This document shows, in pieces, positions 61,615 to 64,000 of a stretch of 64,000 nucleotides of DNA (within the stretch, counting starts at the first letter, position 1; every line of letters starts with the position of its first letter). This stretch comes from Actinomycetes bacterium (GTDB lineage Bacteria; Actinomycetota; CALGFH01): contig DASYUT010000206.1 of NCBI GenBank assembly GCA_036000965.1, forward strand, positions 1,193 through 65,192. The letters run 5' to 3'. A program made the translations under genes and the position numbers. The notes under the pieces are model-generated. The model had not been told where the DNA came from and did not search any database. It saw only the letters and a list, made by a program, of their open reading frames with translations.

Positions 61615-62289
61615 CTGACCGACCTGGCCGACAACCTGGAGCACGTCCTGCTCCGGCCGGGGATCACCCCGGCCGAGGTCGACGACGCCTGCGCCGTTGC
61701 GGTCGAGCTGGGCCTGCCCGCCGTCGCGGTCTGGCCGAACGCGGTCGCCCAGGCGGCCGCTGCGGCCGGCGGCAGCCGGGTCGCGGTGGTCGCCGCGGTC
61801 GGCGCCCCCTACGGCGCCAGCGTGCGCGACACCAAGCTCGACGAGGCCAGGCGGGCGATCACCGCCGGCGCCCGCCACCTCGCGGTGGCCGTGGACGCCG
61901 GGCGCTTCCGGGGCGGGGACGCCGGGGCGCTCGCCGGCGAGCTGGTCGCCGTCTGCTACCTCGCCCACGCCGAGGGCGTGCACGTCCGCGCCGTGCTCCA
62001 GGCCGGGCTGCTGAACGAGGAGGAGCTGGTGATCGCCGGCCGGCTGGCCGCCGAGGCAGGCGCCGACCTGCTCCAGACCGGGTTCGGGTCGGCCGCCGCC
62101 GAGGCGCCCGCCACCCCCGCCCAGGTACGGGCCGCCCGCCGGGCGGTGCCGCCCCGGCGCATGTCCATCGGGGTGGTGGCCGGCGGCGCCCGGGACGCCG
62201 CCGCAGCGCGCGACCTGCTCGCCGCCGGGGCCGAGCGGGTCGCCGTGGCCGACCCGGCCACCCTCCTCGGCCGGGTGGCGGCCGCATGA
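61615..62289 (+). CDS. DeoC/LacD-family aldolase-like protein; both catalytic lysine positions appear substituted and no canonical start codon follows the in-frame stop at 61585-61587
   Basis: 'LEHVLLRPGITPAEVDDACAVAVELGLPAVAVWPNAV…GADLLQTGFG' aligns to DeoC 'IDHTLLKP…VCV…GADFVKTSTGF' with K→Q and K→R. Confidence 0.45.
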   Translation: MTDLADNLEHVLLRPGITPAEVDDACAVAVELGLPAVAVWPNAVAQAAAAAGGSRVAVVAAVGAPYGASVRDTKLDEARRAITAGARHLAVAVDAGRFRGGDAGALAGELVAVCYLAHAEGVHVRAVLQAGLLNEEELVIAGRLAAEAGADLLQTGFGSAAAEAPATPAQVRAARRAVPPRRMSIGVVAGGARDAAAARDLLAAGAERVAVADPATLLGRVAAA

Positions 62290-62356
62290 TCGCGGCGGGG
62301 CGCACCGGGAACGTCGCGGGAGCGGAGGATGCGCCAGTGAGCCTCCGGAAGCGTCG

Positions 62357-63088
62357 GTGAGCCTCTACCGCGAGCAGGGCGTGGTGCTGCGCACCTTCAA
62401 GCTCGGCGAGGCCGACCGGATCGTCGTGCTGCTCACCCAGGGCGAGGGCAAGGTCCGCGCCGTGGCCAAGGGGGTGCGCAAGACCAAGTCCCGCTTCGGC
62501 GGCCGCCTCGAGCCGTTCTCCCACGTCGACCTGTCGCTGTACCGCGGGCGCGGCGAGCTGGACACGGTGACCCAGGTGGAGGTGCTCAACCCGTTCCGCT
62601 CGCTGCGCGAGGACTACGACCGGGTCACCGCCGGGACCGCCATGCTCGAGGCGGTCGACCAGGTCGCCCAGGAGCGCGAGGCGGCCGTCCGCGTCTACCT
62701 GCTGCTCCTGCGCGCGCTGCGCGCCCTCGACGGCGCCCCGCGTGACCCCTCAGTGGTGCTCGACGCGTTCCTGCTCAAGCTGATGGCGCTGGAGGGCTAC
62801 CAGCCCGCCCTGGGGGAGTGCGCCGGCTGCGGCGGGCAAGGGCCCTACCAGCGCTTCTCCATCGCCCGCGGCGGTGCGCTGTGCGAGCGCTGCCGGACGG
62901 GCACGGAGTCCACCCTCGACGAGCGCACGGTCCCGCTGCTCGCCTGGCTGCTCGGCGGGGACATGGACCGGGCCGCCTCGGCGGTGCCGCCCAGGACGCC
63001 CCGGCGCGAGGCCGGCACCCTGGTCAAGAGCTTCGTGGAGTACCACCTGGACCGGCGCCTGCGCTCCTACCCGATGGTGGCCCGCTGA
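62357..63088 (+). CDS. recO: DNA repair protein RecO (GTG start)
   Basis: N-terminal OB-fold 'GVVLRTFKLGEADRIVVLLTQGEGKVRAVAKG', C-terminal CxxC…CxxC zinc motif. Confidence 0.9.
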   Translation: MSLYREQGVVLRTFKLGEADRIVVLLTQGEGKVRAVAKGVRKTKSRFGGRLEPFSHVDLSLYRGRGELDTVTQVEVLNPFRSLREDYDRVTAGTAMLEAVDQVAQEREAAVRVYLLLLRALRALDGAPRDPSVVLDAFLLKLMALEGYQPALGECAGCGGQGPYQRFSIARGGALCERCRTGTESTLDERTVPLLAWLLGGDMDRAASAVPPRTPRREAGTLVKSFVEYHLDRRLRSYPMVAR

Positions 63089-63891
63089 TGCCGAGCCGCC
63101 ACCCGCGCGCGCTGCCGCCCGGCCTGGACCCGCGGGCCGTGCCCGACCACGTCGCGATCGTCATGGACGGCAACGGCCGCTGGGCCAAGGCCCGTGGGCT
63201 GCCCCGCAACAAGGGGCACGAGGCGGGCGAGGCGGCCCTGTTCGACACCGTCGAGGGCGCGCTCGACGCCGGCCTGTCCTGGCTGACCGTGTACGCCTTC
63301 TCCACCGAGAACTGGCGCCGGCCCGCGTCCGAGGTCCGCTTCCTCATGAACTTCAACGAGTCGCTGCTGGTCCGGCGCTCCCACGAGCTCCACGAGCGCG
63401 AGGTGCGGATCCGGTTCATCGGCCGCCGCGACCGCGTGCCCAGGCGCGTGCGCCGGCGCATCGAGGAGGCGGAGGAGCTGACCGCGGGCGACACCCGCAT
63501 GACGCTCGCGGTCGCGCTCGACTACGGCAGCCGGGACGAGCTGGCCCGGGCCGTGGAGCGGCTCGTGGCCGACGTGGGGGAGGGGCGCGGTCCGCGCCGG
63601 ATCGACGAGCGGGCCATCGCCGAGCGCCTCTACACCGCCGACATGCCAGACGTCGACCTGCTCGTCCGCACCTCCAACGAGCGCCGCATCTCCAACTTCC
63701 TGCTCTGGCAGATCGCCTACGCCGAGCTGTACTTCACCCCGGTGCTCTGGCCCGACTTCAACCGCCAGGAGCTGTTCGCCGCGCTCCGTGACTACCAGGG
63801 CCGCCAGCGCCGCTTCGGCGCCGTCGACGTGCTGCCCGACCCCGCCCCGGGAGAGCACCTGGACCCCTCGCCATCGCGCCAGCAGGCCTGA
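63088..63891 (+). CDS. uppS: isoprenyl (Z-prenyl) diphosphate synthase, UppS family (ATGA overlap with recO)
   Basis: 'HVAIVMDGNGRWA' and 'FSTENW…R…' cis-prenyltransferase motifs. Confidence 0.9.
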   Translation: MPSRHPRALPPGLDPRAVPDHVAIVMDGNGRWAKARGLPRNKGHEAGEAALFDTVEGALDAGLSWLTVYAFSTENWRRPASEVRFLMNFNESLLVRRSHELHEREVRIRFIGRRDRVPRRVRRRIEEAEELTAGDTRMTLAVALDYGSRDELARAVERLVADVGEGRGPRRIDERAIAERLYTADMPDVDLLVRTSNERRISNFLLWQIAYAELYFTPVLWPDFNRQELFAALRDYQGRQRRFGAVDVLPDPAPGEHLDPSPSRQQA

Positions 63892-64000
63892 CCAGGCCCG
63901 CGCAGGGCCGCCGCGGGACGGCCCGCTTCCGCGAGCGCGGCACCGGGTCCGCCTGTGGTACGCCGGGTCCGCCTGTGGTGCGGCGGGTCCAGATCCGCTC

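Noticed and set aside
61247-61618. 123-aa ORF containing (LER)5 upstream of the DeoC-like gene
   Set aside because: The product is dominated by the translated 9-bp repeat and has no RBS or start context. More likely non-coding regulatory or repeat DNA.

Overview
High-GC (~70%) actinobacterial chromosome segment built on the conserved housekeeping backbone leuS – comEA – comEC – holA – rpsT – lepA – hemW – hrcA – dnaJ – rsmE – … – phoH – ybeY – corC – cdd – era … recO – uppS. Accessory material is inserted at three places in this backbone. (1) A ~5 kb degraded phage-like remnant right after leuS: an HNH endonuclease, a phd/doc toxin-antitoxin pair, and an N-terminal fragment of a P27-family terminase small subunit that is cut by an IS256-family insertion sequence. 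(2) phoH is interrupted in-frame by a 359-aa intein that carries a LAGLIDADG homing endonuclease and has class-3 (WCT-type) features: Ala at position 1, Trp in block B, Cys at block F position 4, and T-H-N at the C-terminus. (3) The conserved era–recO linkage is split by ~27 kb of accessory genes. These include an Eis-like GNAT acetyltransferase, an NAD-dependent epimerase, a GH15 glycosidase, secreted BNR-like paralogues, corA, a two-component system with PepSY, and tandem CusA/CzcA-type RND pumps. Also within this 27 kb is a ~2.9 kb low-GC islet of two co-oriented genes: a two-TM coiled-coil membrane protein followed by a 534-aa P-loop NTPase. I flag this islet as a candidate uncharacterised defence-type system. 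A recurring oddity of the window is tandem duplication of gene 3' ends, stop codon included: S9 peptidase 19 bp ×8, corC/cdd junction 50 bp ×2, histidine kinase 51 bp ×2, hemW. A degenerate CIRCE operator lies upstream of hrcA. No rRNA, tRNA or CRISPR array was recognised. Many long ORFs in the six-frame track are antisense or read-through artefacts typical of high-GC DNA and were not called.
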